Shown here piece after piece: positions 48,030-60,550 of a DNA stretch of 64,000 nucleotides. Each line of letters opens with the position of its first letter. Within the stretch, counting starts at the first letter, position 1. The notes below the pieces were generated by a model. That model was not told the origin of the DNA and ran no database searches. It worked only from the letters and a program-made list of their open reading frames with translations. Source of the stretch: Gracilinanus agilis (taxonomy: Eukaryota); the NCBI RefSeq assembly GCF_016433145.1, contig NC_058131.1, forward strand, positions 401,173,885 to 401,237,884, given 5' to 3'. A program made the position numbers and the translations under genes.

Positions 48030-50285
48030 CAGAAATTATGTATGAACCAACCCCTCCTGTGATTTATACTAAGCAAGATAATACTGAATGGATAAATGCC
48101 TTAGATGTAAAAGATCACATCATAAACAAATTAGAGGAGCAGGGAAGAAATTTCTGTTCTATGGGTAAGAAAAGAGTATATATGACCAGCAGGGGATAGA
48201 GAGTTTCACCAATGATAATTTTAGACAATTTTGACTGCTTAAAATTTAAAAGTTTTTGCATAAATAAAACTATTATAGTTAACTAAAAAAACTTTTCAGA
48301 AAGACTCTGATAATGATCTCATTTCAAAATATGTTTAGAACTGATTCATATTTATGAAAACATTGACAGACAATTCAAGCATATGAACAAACAGTTTTCA
48401 AATGATGAAATTCAAGCTATCAACAACCATGTGGAAAGATATTTCAAATCATTAAAAAATTGAGAAAAGCAAATTAAAGGTTCCAGTTCACACCCAATAA
48501 TTGGCAAAATCAAGAAAAAATAAAATGACAAATGTTGGGCTGTTGGAAAATATCTGGACTGATGCATTGTCAGTGGACCTGTTTCATGCCTTTGTACTCC
48601 AGTCTATTTGAATTCCAGTCCATCCTCCTATTCAGCTACCAAAGTAATTATCCTGAAACTCAGATCTTTCCATGTGCCCCTGTCACCCCAATTTCAATAA
48701 ATTCTAGTGACTCCCTATTGTAGGATCAAATATAAATACTCTGGCTATTAAAGTCCTTCACAACATGCCCCCATCCCTATCCCCATCTACCTTTAACTCT
48801 TCTACCTTACTTTCTTTCACCTACTCTACAATCCACAGTCATCTTCCTTGATGATTCATGCTCCTGAGTGTACATCCACTATGCTCAGCATCTCCTGACT
48901 CTATGCATTTTCACTATCTATCCCTCCTGGCTTCCCTGGTTTTTCTGGCTTCCTTCCAGTCCTTCTTAAAACTAGTGTTTTCCCTCTGAGATTATCACTA
49001 ACTTATCTTATAATTTATCTTGTTTGTGCATATTTATTTTCATGTTGTCTTCCCATTAGTTTATAAACTCCTTGAGGGAGGGAGTTTATAAACTAATGCT
49101 TTGGTCTTTCTTTGTATCTGTAGCATTTAAGTGCCTAATGTTCTTCAGTGGTGTCTGACTCTTCAGGATCTCTCTCTCTCTCTCTCTCTTTCTCTTTCTC
49201 CAAAGATCTCTAGATCACTTTACAGATGAGGGAACTAAAGCAAATAGGAGTTAAGTGATTTGCCTAGGTCACACAGGTAGTAAATGTCTGAGGCTACATT
49301 TGAACCCAGGTCTTCCTGACTCCAGATCCAGCTCTCTTAATCCATTGTGCCACCTAGATGCCCTAGCATAGTAGCTGCAGTGCTTAATAAAGGCTTGGTG
49401 ACTTGGCTGTGAACTAATCTAGTCATTCTGAAAAGTAGTTTAGAACTTTGCCAGGAAGCCATTAATCTATGTATGCTGTTTGACACACTAGGACATAACT
49501 GCTAGAGATCAAAGAAGGGGGAAAGGAGCCATATTTATAAAAATATAACATCTCTTTTCTAGTGGCAAAGACTATTCCCTATTAATTAGGGAATGACAAC
49601 AAATTATGGCATATGAATATAATGGAATATTATTGTACCACAAGAAATGATGAAAGGGACAGTTTCAGAGAATCCTGGGAAGACTTGTATGAACTGATGC
49701 AGAATAGAATAAGCAGAATAATTTGAAAAGACTTAAGAACTGTAGAATATGGCTGAACAAATTATGATATATTCATGTCATGGAATATGAAAAGAATAGT
49801 TTTAGAGAAGCCTAGAAATTTTTGTAGGAACTGATGCAGAGAGAAGCGAGGAAAATAACACTGAAAGACTTAAGAACAACAGAATACCAATGATGAAGCA
49901 TACCAGCCATCTCCTGAAAGAGTGATAATGGACATGGGATCCATAGATTCATAATGAGATATATTTTTAGACATGAACAATGTGGAAGTTTGTTTACCTA
50001 TACATATTTGTTAGAAAGATTTTATCTTCTCAATTGGAGAATGGGTGGAAAGCAGGAGTAGCCTATTGTTAGGGTTCTGCCCCTAAATAAGAAAAGAATA
50101 GAAGGTAGGTCAGAAGAAATCACAGAAAAGTAGAAGAATTTTGAAAGTTACAGATTAAATTGATTATATACTTGAAAAGTTCTGTGTAATAGAGATTCAC
50201 AGTTGAGTAGAAAGTCCCCTCCTGTTCTGCAACATATAAGGAAAAGTTCATTTTATTTGGTATTTAATTTAGAGCAACAACAAAA
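48030..50285 (+). mobile_element. Nested L1 > L2 > MAR1 block interrupting L3
   Basis: L1 ORF2 48030-48590; L2 48590-49400 containing antisense MAR1 (about 49135-49365); L1 3' part 49510-50285. Confidence 0.6.
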
Positions 50286-50289
50286 AAAA

Positions 50290-50620
50290 ATGTAAAGTCT
50301 TTCATGGGCTCAAAAAAATTAAAACCACAAGTACAAGATATGGGGGAGGTGTGATTAGATAACAGTTCTGAAAAGGATCTGAGGATTTTAGTGGCCCACA
50401 TACTTGATATTTGTTAGAAATGTTCTGTAGCAGCTAAGAAAGCTGATGTAATCTTAAATTGCATAAAGAGAAGTATAAAGAGGTGATAGTCTCATTTGTC
50501 TCCTGTGTGACCACATCAGAAGTATTATGTTCGGTTCTGGTTGCTACGTTTTTGGAAGGACATTGGTAAGCTATAATGTCAGAGGAGTACATCTGGGATT
50601 GTGAAAAAGGTCAGTCAACA
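50290..50620 (+). mobile_element. L3/CR1 fragment, 3' half
   Basis: TGTAAAGTC..GAAAAGGATCTGAGGATTTTAGTGG..GCAGCTAAGAAAGCTGATG..GAAGGACATTGGTAAGCT. Confidence 0.75.
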
Positions 50621-50632
50621 ATCATTTATGGA

Positions 50633-50828
50633 AAAGCAAGGTAGCTCAGTGGATTGAGATTGAGGCCTGGAGATGGGAGGTCCAGGGTCCAAGTCTGGCC
50701 TCAGACACTTCCTGACTGTGTCACCTTGGGCAAGTCACTTAACCCCAATTGCCTAGTCTTTATTTCTCTTCTGCCTCAGAACCAATACTAAGTATGGATT
50801 CTAAGACAGAAGGTAAGGTTTTTTTTTA
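50633..50828 (+). mobile_element. SINE1_Mdo
   Basis: Consensus match; flanked by AGTCAACAATCATTTAT / AGTTCAACAATCATTTAT. Confidence 0.88.
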
Positions 50829-51299
50829 AAGTTCAACAATCATTTATTAAGGCCTACTTTGTTACCAGTCAACATGCTAGGAATACAAATACAAAAAAAT
50901 GACAATCCGTACTCTTAAATATTCTAACATAAGAGGCAAGTATATATTTATCAATACATAAGAATAAATATAAATAAAAGAATAACTAAATATTCATTAA
51001 CTACTGAGAATGCAACTAGAGAAGCAAGATAGTCCCTGATCCCAAGGAGCTCACTTTCTAATATGGGAACACCATACAAAGGAAATTTCAGCTTCAAGTC
51101 AGATGGAAAAGTTCAGTAGTCCTTAGTATTCAATGGCAAGGCCAATGGTGATTCAACTTCTTTGGTGTTAGTTCCATTAATAAAACCATATCCATTCCTA
51201 AAATTGAGCCATCTGGAGTGCCGAAGACTTTGGTCACTTGGTGGTGAGTATGAATGAATGAATGAATGAAGATAATAAATATTGATAAATAAGAGGTAG

Positions 51300-54160
51300 T
51301 TAAATATAAGATAGTAGGGAAGATGGTACTAACTACTGAGGAAGTTAGGCTTCACATAGAAAGTGATGCATGAAATTTGTCTTAAAGAAAGAGAGGGATT
51401 CTGTGAAGTAGAGGTAAGTAGATTCTGTATTCCAGACACGAGGAATGGCAGTACAAATGCATGGATATTAGAGATGGAATGCCATGTGGTGAAGAACAGA
51501 AAAAAGACCAGTTTGACTGTATCATAGCTTAAGGGAAAGGAAGTAATGTGTAAAATAAATCTGGAAAGATAGCTTGGGATCAGCTTATGAAGAGAAAGCT
51601 TTGATTCCAGAGGCAATAGAGAATTATTGGAATTGATTGAAAAAAAGAAAACATGGCTTTAGAATTTTTAAAAACCAGTTTGGTAGTTGTGTGGATGTTG
51701 GTTTGGAATGAAGAGACACTTGTGACAGGAAGGCCATTGCAACAGCCTCGATGAGAGCTTATTATTAGGGTATGAACCAAGGTCGTAGTTGCATGACTAA
51801 AGAGAAGTCAGATATGAGTGATGTTATGGAAGTAGAAACAGAAAGATTCAGCAATTGATTTGATATGTGAGGTGAGGAAAAGTGAGTCATTGAGGATAAT
51901 GACAAGATTACAAGCCTAAGAGAGTAGAAGACTAGTGTTACTTTAAATAGAATTTGGGAAATTTGGAAGAAGTGCAGATTGAGAGGAAGGGTAGATAATG
52001 AATTCTATTTTGGACATACTGCCTTTGAGATTTCTATGAGACATTCAGTTGTAATGTCCAATAAGAAGTTAGTGTTGCAGAATCAAACAGAAGTAGGGGT
52101 TAGATCTATGATTCATTGGCATAGAGATGATAACTGAACCCATGGAAGCTTATTGGTCATGAAGACACTGTAGAGAGAGGAGAAAAAAAGGCCAAGACAG
52201 AGACTGAAGCATCTATAGTTAGGGTGCATGATAGAGAAGATGAATGAGCAAAGGCTTCTGAAAAATAGTCAAACAGACAAAGAATTAGGAGGAAAGGGAA
52301 TAAAGTTACAAAAATCCAGAGCGGACCAAATACTTAGTAGAAAATTGAGAAAAGTATATGATACAGCAGAAGTCAGAAAAGACAAAGACTGAGAGAAGAC
52401 TGTAATATTTAGCTACTGAGAAATTATTGGTACCTTTGAGAGAGCAATCTCCATTGAATGAAGAGGTCAAAAGTCTGGTCAGAGCAGGGCTAAGAAGAGG
52501 ATGAGAGGAGTAAGTGGAAGCAATGAATTTGGACAACTTTATCTAGAAGCTTGACTATGAAAGGGAAGAGAGGTATAGAATGATAATTTGAATGAATAAT
52601 AGGATCTAATTAGGAGGGTTTTTTCATGATGGGAAGACTTGGGCATGTATGGAGGCAGTAGGGAAAGAACCATTAAATAGGAAGAAGTTTAAGATTAGAG
52701 ATGGTGAGGGAATTATTGACAGGAAAATTTGCTGGTGAAGACAAAAGGGAATGTAATCAAAGGTGCATGTAGAGAAGTCAGCCTTGACAAGAAGATACCT
52801 TATTATTCAGAGATCGGGTCTCTTGATAATAGGGAGAGAGAGTGGAGGATGATGTTAACAGGGTTTAAAATGAAAAGAAGGGGGATTAGGGAGCTCATGG
52901 CAAACAACCTTAACTCTCTCAGTAAAATAAGTCATTCTTAGCTGAGAGAGTACAATGAGAGGGAGGTATGGGATACTTAAGGTGAAAAGAGAATGGTTAG
53001 AATAGCTTATGTCGGGAATAAGAAAAAACTAAGGAGGAATGGAAGGATTGCTTTGCTGTAGTGAGGACCCAATTGAAGTTGGATTATTATAAGTCTATAG
53101 GGTATTCAATTACTGTGGTTGCATGTGATTCTTTCTTTCCTTTCAGCAGAACATAAGTAGCAGTGGAAGTAATCCAGGGCTGGGGGTCTAGCAAGGGAAG
53201 AGCTGCAAAGATATTTGAAAATAAAGAAGTGTGAAGTTGAGTTGGTTAACCACAGAATCAAGATGAGGAAGGGGTAAAAAGTGGAATCAGGGCAGGGGTT
53301 ATGGCCTGAGAAAGTACTGAGAGGTAGAACGGTTAGAGGTCAAGATGAAGGTAAAAAAATAAATTTAGGAGGGGTGAAGTATAAAGAGAGATGGGAATGA
53401 TAGAAGATTATGTTCAGAAGAATGTCAAGAGTTTTTTATCAAGGATATGGGACAATTGTAGGTAATTGTGAGATCCAGAATGTGACAATCCTTGCACATG
53501 ATTGAGATGGAATGTAGTAATTAATCAAGGAATTTGAGGAAATTGAGAAGTTGGGGGGGTTAAGGAATTTGTAGGAACATCACCATGAATGTTGAAGCCC
53601 TCTAGAATAATAGGGGTTAGAGAGAAAAAAAAATGTGAGCCAAGAATTGAAGTATTTGAAATCCAAGTCAATGACCTGGAGGCCAATACACAATAGCCAC
53701 CAAAATTTGAATAGGATTGAAAATTTTATAGGGTGAACTCCAAAGTAGGAGTGGATGACTGCTGAATGATGGCAGAAAAGGTTAATGGGGAAAAAAAAGG
53801 AGAAAAGAAAATGGTTAGAATAGCTTCGGTGGGGAGTAAGAAGGAATTAAGGCAAAATAAAGGGATTGCTTTGCTCCACTGAAGACCCAGTTGAAGTTGG
53901 ATAATTATAAATCTATGATGTATTCAATAAGTGTAGTTGTGTGAGGACTTCTATTCCTATTCAGCAGCATACGAGTAGAAGTGGTGGAAGTAAACAGTGG
54001 AAGTGATCTAGTAATCTAGTTGGACATGACTGAGTCTGGTAGAGAGAGCAAGGAATATTACAACTCCCCTCCATAGGGATTGTTGGCAGTATAAGTTAAG
54101 GTACAGTCAGTACTGGGAAGAATGACTAGGGATGAAGCCAGATCTTGTTTAGAACCAGTA
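51300..54160 (-). mobile_element. Long degenerate L2 body (antisense)
   Basis: About 2.9 kb purine-rich tract with antisense L2 RT-region motifs (e.g. AGATCATTGGTAACTTTGGAGAGAG-like at about 52420-52450). Confidence 0.6.
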
Positions 54161-54179
54161 GGTGAAAAGTATATGAGAG

Positions 54180-54378
54180 GGACAGCTAGGTACCCTGATG
54201 GATAGAGCACCAGGCCCAAAGTTGGAAGGACCTGGTTTCAAATCTGAACTCAGCCACGTCCTGGGCAAGACCTGTGTGACCCTGGGCAAATTATTTAACC
54301 CAAATTGCCTAGCCCTTGCTGATCTTTTGTCCTAGAAATGATACTAAGGTAGAATGTAAGAGGAAAGAGAAAGAAGGA

Positions 54379-54454
<76 letters not shown>

Positions 54455-54455
54455 A
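54180..54455 (+). mobile_element. SINE1_Mdo with expanded (GAAA)n tail
   Basis: SINE body then more than 20 GAAA units running into the gap. Confidence 0.85.
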
Positions 54456-54608
54456 NNNNNNNNNNNNNNNNNNNNNNNNNNNNNNNNNNNNNNNNNNNNN
54501 NNNNNNNNNNNNNNNNNNNNNNNNNNNNNNNNNNNNNNNNNNNNNNNNNNNNNNNNNNNNNNNNNNNNNNNNNNNNNNNNNNNNNNNNNNNNNNNNNNNN
54601 NNNNNNNN
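54456..54608. other. Assembly gap (153 N)
   Basis: N run. Confidence 1.
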
Positions 54609-54999
54609 CTGATGCCTCAGTTCAGAAATGAGACACAATTGATTGAACAGTTTACAAAAGAAAGTTTCCTTTACCCTAACACAGCAAGGAAAAGTAACTA
54701 GGATATGGTGACACTATTTCTCTGGATGTGTACTCCCTAGTCTCCCTATAGAAATGCAAAAAAAAAAAAATAATAATAATAATAACAAACACATTTTTTG
54801 GAAGAGCCAGTTAAATATTTATCAGCACATTCCTGGATGAAAGTTATAATGACTTGAATAGTCACAGGCACTTCTGAGAGATCTATATTCTACATGGCTG
54901 AGACTTTTTAGACCTTTTGATGACCAGAAAACTTTACTAGGGAAGTCAAGGCCAATCAGGTCTCAGAACAGCTTTGTCTCTTTTTAGAGAAAACTAGTC

Positions 55000-55142
55000 C
55001 CTGTCCCAGTAGAGCCTATCCCCTGTTGGGAGTGGGAAGAAAGAAACTTTGTCAAGAGAAACATAAACCAATCAAGTCCTAGGGGGGTAGCTAATGGGGT
55101 CACGAAGAGTGGGACATAAGTGAAATGACTAAACAACAACAA
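55000..55142 (+). mobile_element. RTE-type / MAR1 3' tail
   Basis: GGGGTCACGAAGAGTGGGACATAAGTGAAATGACTAAACAACAAC. Confidence 0.7.
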
Positions 55143-55281
55143 ATTAAAGATTAGGAAAAGAGAATTACTAAAGGAGAGTTCAGTTTGAACACTGGACTGA
55201 GAGGAGCTCCAAATCCAACCTCTGGATTGAATACAAAACCTTTCCAGAAGATTTCCCAATCATTATTATTGCTATATTGAC

Positions 55282-55893
55282 TGTAAAGAGACCTGGTTCA
55301 TCAGTATCTGGAGACCTGAGGGCTGACAGGATATTCAGCTGTCCAAGAGGATTTATCCTGTAGGGCAGACTGTGTCAGCCCAAAGAGAGAAACATCTTCC
55401 TCTATACTTGCCATATCTAAAATCATTCGATTCTCTAGATTAATAGATTAGGCTAGTCAGAAATAGAAAGTCAAGAAGATTGAGACAAATTCCAGGCAGA
55501 TCCTTTAGCTGTTGGCCAAAGCTAAAGGAACCTGCATATCTCTCTGAGGCTTTAGATAGGGAACTCCTGTTGTACCTCTTTCCCTTAGTCCACCCTTGTT
55601 AGCCTATCCTCAATACATTGTTGATTACAAACCAGAAGTCAGATTTATTGGAAAAGAGAGAGTAGAGATTAAAGAGAGCAAAAGGTGAAAGTTTATTTGA
55701 GGGGGGAAGCCTTTCTTCAAACTAGGTAATGTCAGATTCCTAAGTTGCCCATTACTGGTTTCCTCTGGTCCGGGTGTGATCAGAAGAGGAATATTTTAGA
55801 AGGTTAGGTAGCGCAAAATTCCCTAACGAACCATCAATCTCTATTCCTTCAGTATTCTTAAATCTGATTCATACCTCTACATTTACCTCTACA
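55282..55893. mobile_element. Possible solo LTR
   Basis: TGTAAAG...CTCTACA ends and LTR-like composition; no TSD found. Confidence 0.4.
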
Positions 55894-56590
55894 ATCATCA
55901 TGTACAGTTAGGCACAGAGGGCAGCCATTAGCTCTCTGGCTGGGCAGGAAGGGGGAGTATCCTGGGGCTTGGTTCAGTAGTACAACCCAATTAACCATTT
56001 ATAACATCATTCCCAGGGATTCCCTTTCTCTCTTTTAACAATACACTCATGTCTATAATATCTTGCCATTAGAATACAAACTATTTGAGGGTAGGTCTGG
56101 TTAATTTTTTATCTTCAGTGATTTGGTTTAAATTTTTTTAACTTTATTTTATTTTTTCAATGAACAAAAATCTATTTTCTCTCCCATTTCCCTAGCCCTG
56201 ACTGAAAAAATAAAAACAAAAACAAAACACTTGCAAAAAATATACATTATTTAGCAAAATCAATTGTTGCATTGGCCATGCCCTCAAAATGTATGTCTCA
56301 TTTAGCACCCTGAGTCCATCACCTCAGTGTATATTAATCAGTGTCTTCCATGTATTAAGTACTAAAAAAAGGTTTTTGCATGTTGAATGTTCTGTCTTCA
56401 CTGATTAACTGGAAACTTCTGCAAGCCAGGAACCAGGTCTTTATTTTAGTTTTATATTCCCCTTAACCACAGTACAGTACTCTGCAAGGAGTAAGGACTT
56501 GGTAAATCTGTTTTGAGTAAAAGGAGAAAGAAACCGCCAGGCCAGAGACTAGGCAACATTTAGATATATAAAGAAACCTTGATTTAACAA

Positions 56591-57936
56591 TGTTACTAAT
56601 AAAATTAGGACTCTGGTACTTAGAACTTAATAAAGTTTATTAGAATTACTTGGATAGGCAAAAGAAATAGATAGAAAGAGAGAGATTAAGGGTGAGGCTA
56701 TCTTTCCACATGGCACCCCCAGCAGCAGTTTCCTTCATAGGTCACCAGAGACAGAGAGCCCCAACACTTATTTGTTCTCTCCTTTTATCCTGCCTTTCTT
56801 ATCCAAGTCAAGTCCAAATTCACATACACAGGTGACACAGGTGAAATAGATTCACTCAGACTCACACCACACACTTGACCCAAGTAAAGGGGGAAGGGCA
56901 AACTTCTCTGCTCTTCCCCACACACAAGTATTAGAAGAAGGGGAAGGAAGAGTGTATCCCTGATGAGAATGGGATAATGAGAGATTTGGAGTTAGAATCC
57001 CATAGGTAGTAAAATGTCTGTGGGTTGAGGTGGGTGGTGGAGGAGTTTTGGACCCCGGTTTTCTTGATTCTAAATCCAGGACAATATCCACTATTCCTGG
57101 AGAGGTAGGATTATTGCTTTTCCTCCTTTCTAGAAAAGTGAAGAATAGGGAAGGGGGAACTGAAATAGGTAACTGGAATAGGTAGCAGATCAGAAGGGGA
57201 AACACAGGTACAGCTGGGGTAAAATTAGTCCCTCAGCTTAATTGGGGAGGTAGCAAACTATCACACACTTAGCTGGGGAAATAACAAAATAACTGAAAAC
57301 AAGCACAGCCAGAGAAAACAGTTTAACTTAATAATGGGTTCTTGTAGCCTGGGAAGGAGAAGTCAAGGAAGCTTTTATAAAAAGGTTTAATAAAGGACCA
57401 GGGCCAGGAAATGGAGGTAAAAGGAAATAACTGCCACTAAAGACTATTGGCAAAACAGGAACAGGAGGGATGGATATGTCTACACTATTATTAAACCTAC
57501 AGCAGACAGCCAGGGGCAATGGCTGACTGGTCAAGGGGAAATAGATATTTCACTAAGATGTCCTTTGGCTGTTGTTCAGATGTATCTGCTTGTCCCAGGA
57601 ACACAGGTAAAGAGCAAGATAAATCCACTGGGGAAGTCAGGGAGATGAAGGTATTTGTATGTCCACCATACAAGATAAAACTCCTATCTCAACCTGGAAC
57701 TTCTTGGTCTTGCTAGATGATCTTGTAGATACTTTCCAAGGCACAAAGATACCCCAACTCCACAGGTTCTCTAGTCAGTTGCTAAAATCCAACTCTCCAA
57801 AAGCCAACTGTCATTTTAGAGTCTCTGTGTAAGTCCCCTCTGCCAGCATTCTAGGTTTGGAATGTTCAGCTCCTGCCAGATTTACTTGGCAAAGTTTGCT
57901 CTATACTAAGTTAAATCCTACATTTTCCCTACAACA
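56591..57936 (-). mobile_element. Long solo-LTR-like element
   Basis: TG...CA ends; on the - strand GGATAAAAGG (56790-56781) then AATAAA (56641-56636); TSD only partial. Confidence 0.5.
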
Positions 57937-57968
57937 GAACTCAAGCTACCTCTTAAAAAGTGAAGCCT

Positions 57969-58146
57969 GGGGGCACCTAGGAGACACTGTGGATAGAACA
58001 CTGGTTCTGTAGTCAGGAGGTTCAAATCTGGTCTCAGACACTTCCTAGCTGTGTGACTATGGACAAGTCACTTAACCTCATTTGCCTAGCCCTTGTCCTT
58101 CTATATTAGAGTTATCACTAAGACAGAAAGTAAGAATTTTTTTTTA
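57969..58146 (+). mobile_element. SINE1_Mdo
   Basis: Consensus match. Confidence 0.85.
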
Positions 58147-58171
58147 AGTAAATCTCTTTTATAGTGTAGGG

Positions 58172-59401
58172 CAATGATGGCAAACCTTTTATTTTTATTT
58201 ATTTTTTTTTGAGGTAACCTAGTGATAGGATTTGTTTTTTTTTAAACATTTATTAATATTCATTTTTTAGAAAAGTTAACATGGTTACATGATTCATGCT
58301 CCTACTTTCCCCCTCACCCCTCGCCCTCCCCCCACCCCTGGCCGATGTGTATTTCCACTGGTTTTAACATGTGTCATTGGTCAAGATCTATTTCCAAATT
58401 ATTGATCATTGCATTGGTGTGGTAGTTTCGAATCAAAATCCCCAATCATGTCTGCCTCAACCCATGTGTTCAAGCAGCTGCTTTTCTTCTGTGTTTCCAC
58501 TCCTGCAGTTCTTCCTCTGAATATGGGTAGCTTCTTTTCCATAAATCCCTCAGAATTGCTGCTAGTACAGAAGTCCATTACATTCTATTTTACCACAGTG
58601 TATTGGTCTCTGTGTACAATGTTCTTCTGGCTCTGCTCCTTTCGCTCTGCATCAATTCCTAGAGGTCTTTCCAGTTCACATGGAATTCCTCCAGTTTATT
58701 ATTCCTTTGAGCACAATAGTATTCCATCACCAGCATATACCACAATTTGTTCAACCATTCCCCAATTGAAGGACATACCCTCCTTTTCCAGTTTTTTGCC
58801 ACCACAAAAAGCGGGGCTATAAATATTTTTGTACAAGTCTGTTTATCTATGATCTCTTTGGGGTACAAACTCAACAATGGTATGGCTGGATCAAAGGACA
58901 GGCATTCTTTTATAGCCCTTTGAGCATAGTTCCAAATTGGATGGCAAACCTTTTAGAGGTGGAGTACTGGCCACCCCCCCCAGAATAAGTTTGATGCTAG
59001 ACCTGCCCTGCTCCCCCCTTACCCCACATAGGGGAGGGGAGGTAGGAAGTGCTCCTGTTGGGCTGCTTCGGGAGGGGGTGGATGAAGTGAGAAATGTCTT
59101 CAGTGAGTGTAGAGAGGGGTTGGGGAGTGGTCTGAGGGCTCTACTCCCCTCCAGCTCTGCTGCCTGTTAGCTGCCCACCTTCCCCCCTGTACATTCCCAC
59201 TAGCTGCTGGGCAGAGGGGCAGGGGATGTGAAAAGATGTGATCAGGTGCAAGAGAGGGAGCAGCCTTGCCTCACCCAAATCCCTCTACTTTTCTAGTAAT
59301 GAACTCTGGGTAGGGGGGAGGGGGAGGGGAAAGACCATGTGCTCATAGAGAGAGCTCTGAATGCCATCTTTGGCACCTATACCATAGGTTCACCATCACT
59401 G
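58172..59401. mobile_element. hAT non-autonomous DNA transposon (about 466 bp when empty) carrying an L1 insertion
   Basis: TIRs CAATGATGGCAAACCT / AGGTTCACCATCACTG; perfect 8-bp TSD GTGTAGGG (58164-58171 / 59402-59409). Confidence 0.92.
58192..58939 (-). mobile_element. 5'-truncated L1
   Basis: ORF2 C-terminus (FVVAKNWK..CPSIGEWLNKLWYM); 16-bp TSD GATGGCAAACCTTTTA at 58176-58191 and 58940-58955. Confidence 0.94.
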
Positions 59402-60058
59402 GTGTAGGGAGTAACCCCTTCCTACCAGTGGTATATCTGGCTTTAAGATTGCTTGGCCCTGGCTTGATACAGAGTATCTGTTTTTAGAGAGAAGGCATCT
59501 GGCTAGTCTTTATGACCCATTCCATGTAATGAAGGAACGATGTTCTGCTGGATGCTATTGTACTATAAGAGATTTTAAAAGCATGGAGAAATAATGGTGA
59601 TTCAAGACGGGCAATGTGTTATAATGGGAAGAATTCTGAGCCTAAAGCCACAGAGTTGTGGAGTAGAATCTTTGTTTTCGGTGTGACTGTGGGTAAGTCA
59701 CCTAACTTCTGAATTTCAAATATGGGTATGTATAGCATTTACCTTGAAGGGTTATTGTGAGGCTTAAATGAGATAATAAGAGTGTTTTTCACATTAAGTA
59801 TTATGTAATATCGACTATGATTATTTTCTGGGACAATTATAATTTGGTACAAATAATTTTGAGGGTGAACCATTTAGAAGATTGCAGTGAGGGGTGATAG
59901 ATTTCTAGTAGATCTATTAGACACACAAAATCTTTATACAGATTACTTAGCATCAATATTCTGGCTAAATCTAGAATGTCTCCTATAGCTGCAGTGGGAG
60001 ACTGTTTTTGCTGAAATTTATGCTGCTTAAAAAAAAAACAAAACCAAAAAAACTTGCA

Positions 60059-60550
60059 GCCTGGGACATTGGCAATTGGCCATAGTTCTTGTTGCTGGGG
60101 AGGCAGAAGAGGATAACTTGAGTTCAAGAGTTCTGAGCTTAAATGAACAATATGGAAATGGGCTTTTCATGATAATACGTGTATAACCCAGATCAAATTG
60201 CTTGCCGTCTCCAGGAAGGGGAAGGAAGGGAGAGAGCAAGACAATTTGGATCATATAACTTCAGAAAACTTATGTGGAAAATTGTTATTACAATTGGTAT
60301 AATAAAATATCCTTATCCCCCCAAAAAGTTCTGAGCTGCAGTAGGGCTAAAGGTGATTGAGTATATGCATTAAGTCTGGCATCAATAGGGTGAGTCCCTG
60401 GGAGTGGAGGGTCATCAGGCTGCCTAAGGAAGGCTGAACTGGACCAAGTTGGAAAAATTGAACAAATGATGTCTCCTATGTTGTTCAGTATTAAGGGTGG
60501 GCTTGTGAGCGGCCCCTGGACTTCCAGCCTGAGCAAGACTGGAAAAATCA
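60059..60550 (+). pseudogene. 7SL (SRP RNA) retrocopy / P7SL-type SINE, interrupted by L1
   Basis: Alu domain then S domain GGCATCAATAGGGTGAG..CAGGCTGCCTAAGGAAGGCTGAACTGGACCAAGTTGGAAA..CCAGCCTGAGCAA. Confidence 0.88.
60140..60326 (+). mobile_element. L1 3'UTR fragment inside the 7SL copy
   Basis: 11-bp TSD AGTTCTGAGCT at 60129-60139 and 60327-60337. Confidence 0.85.
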
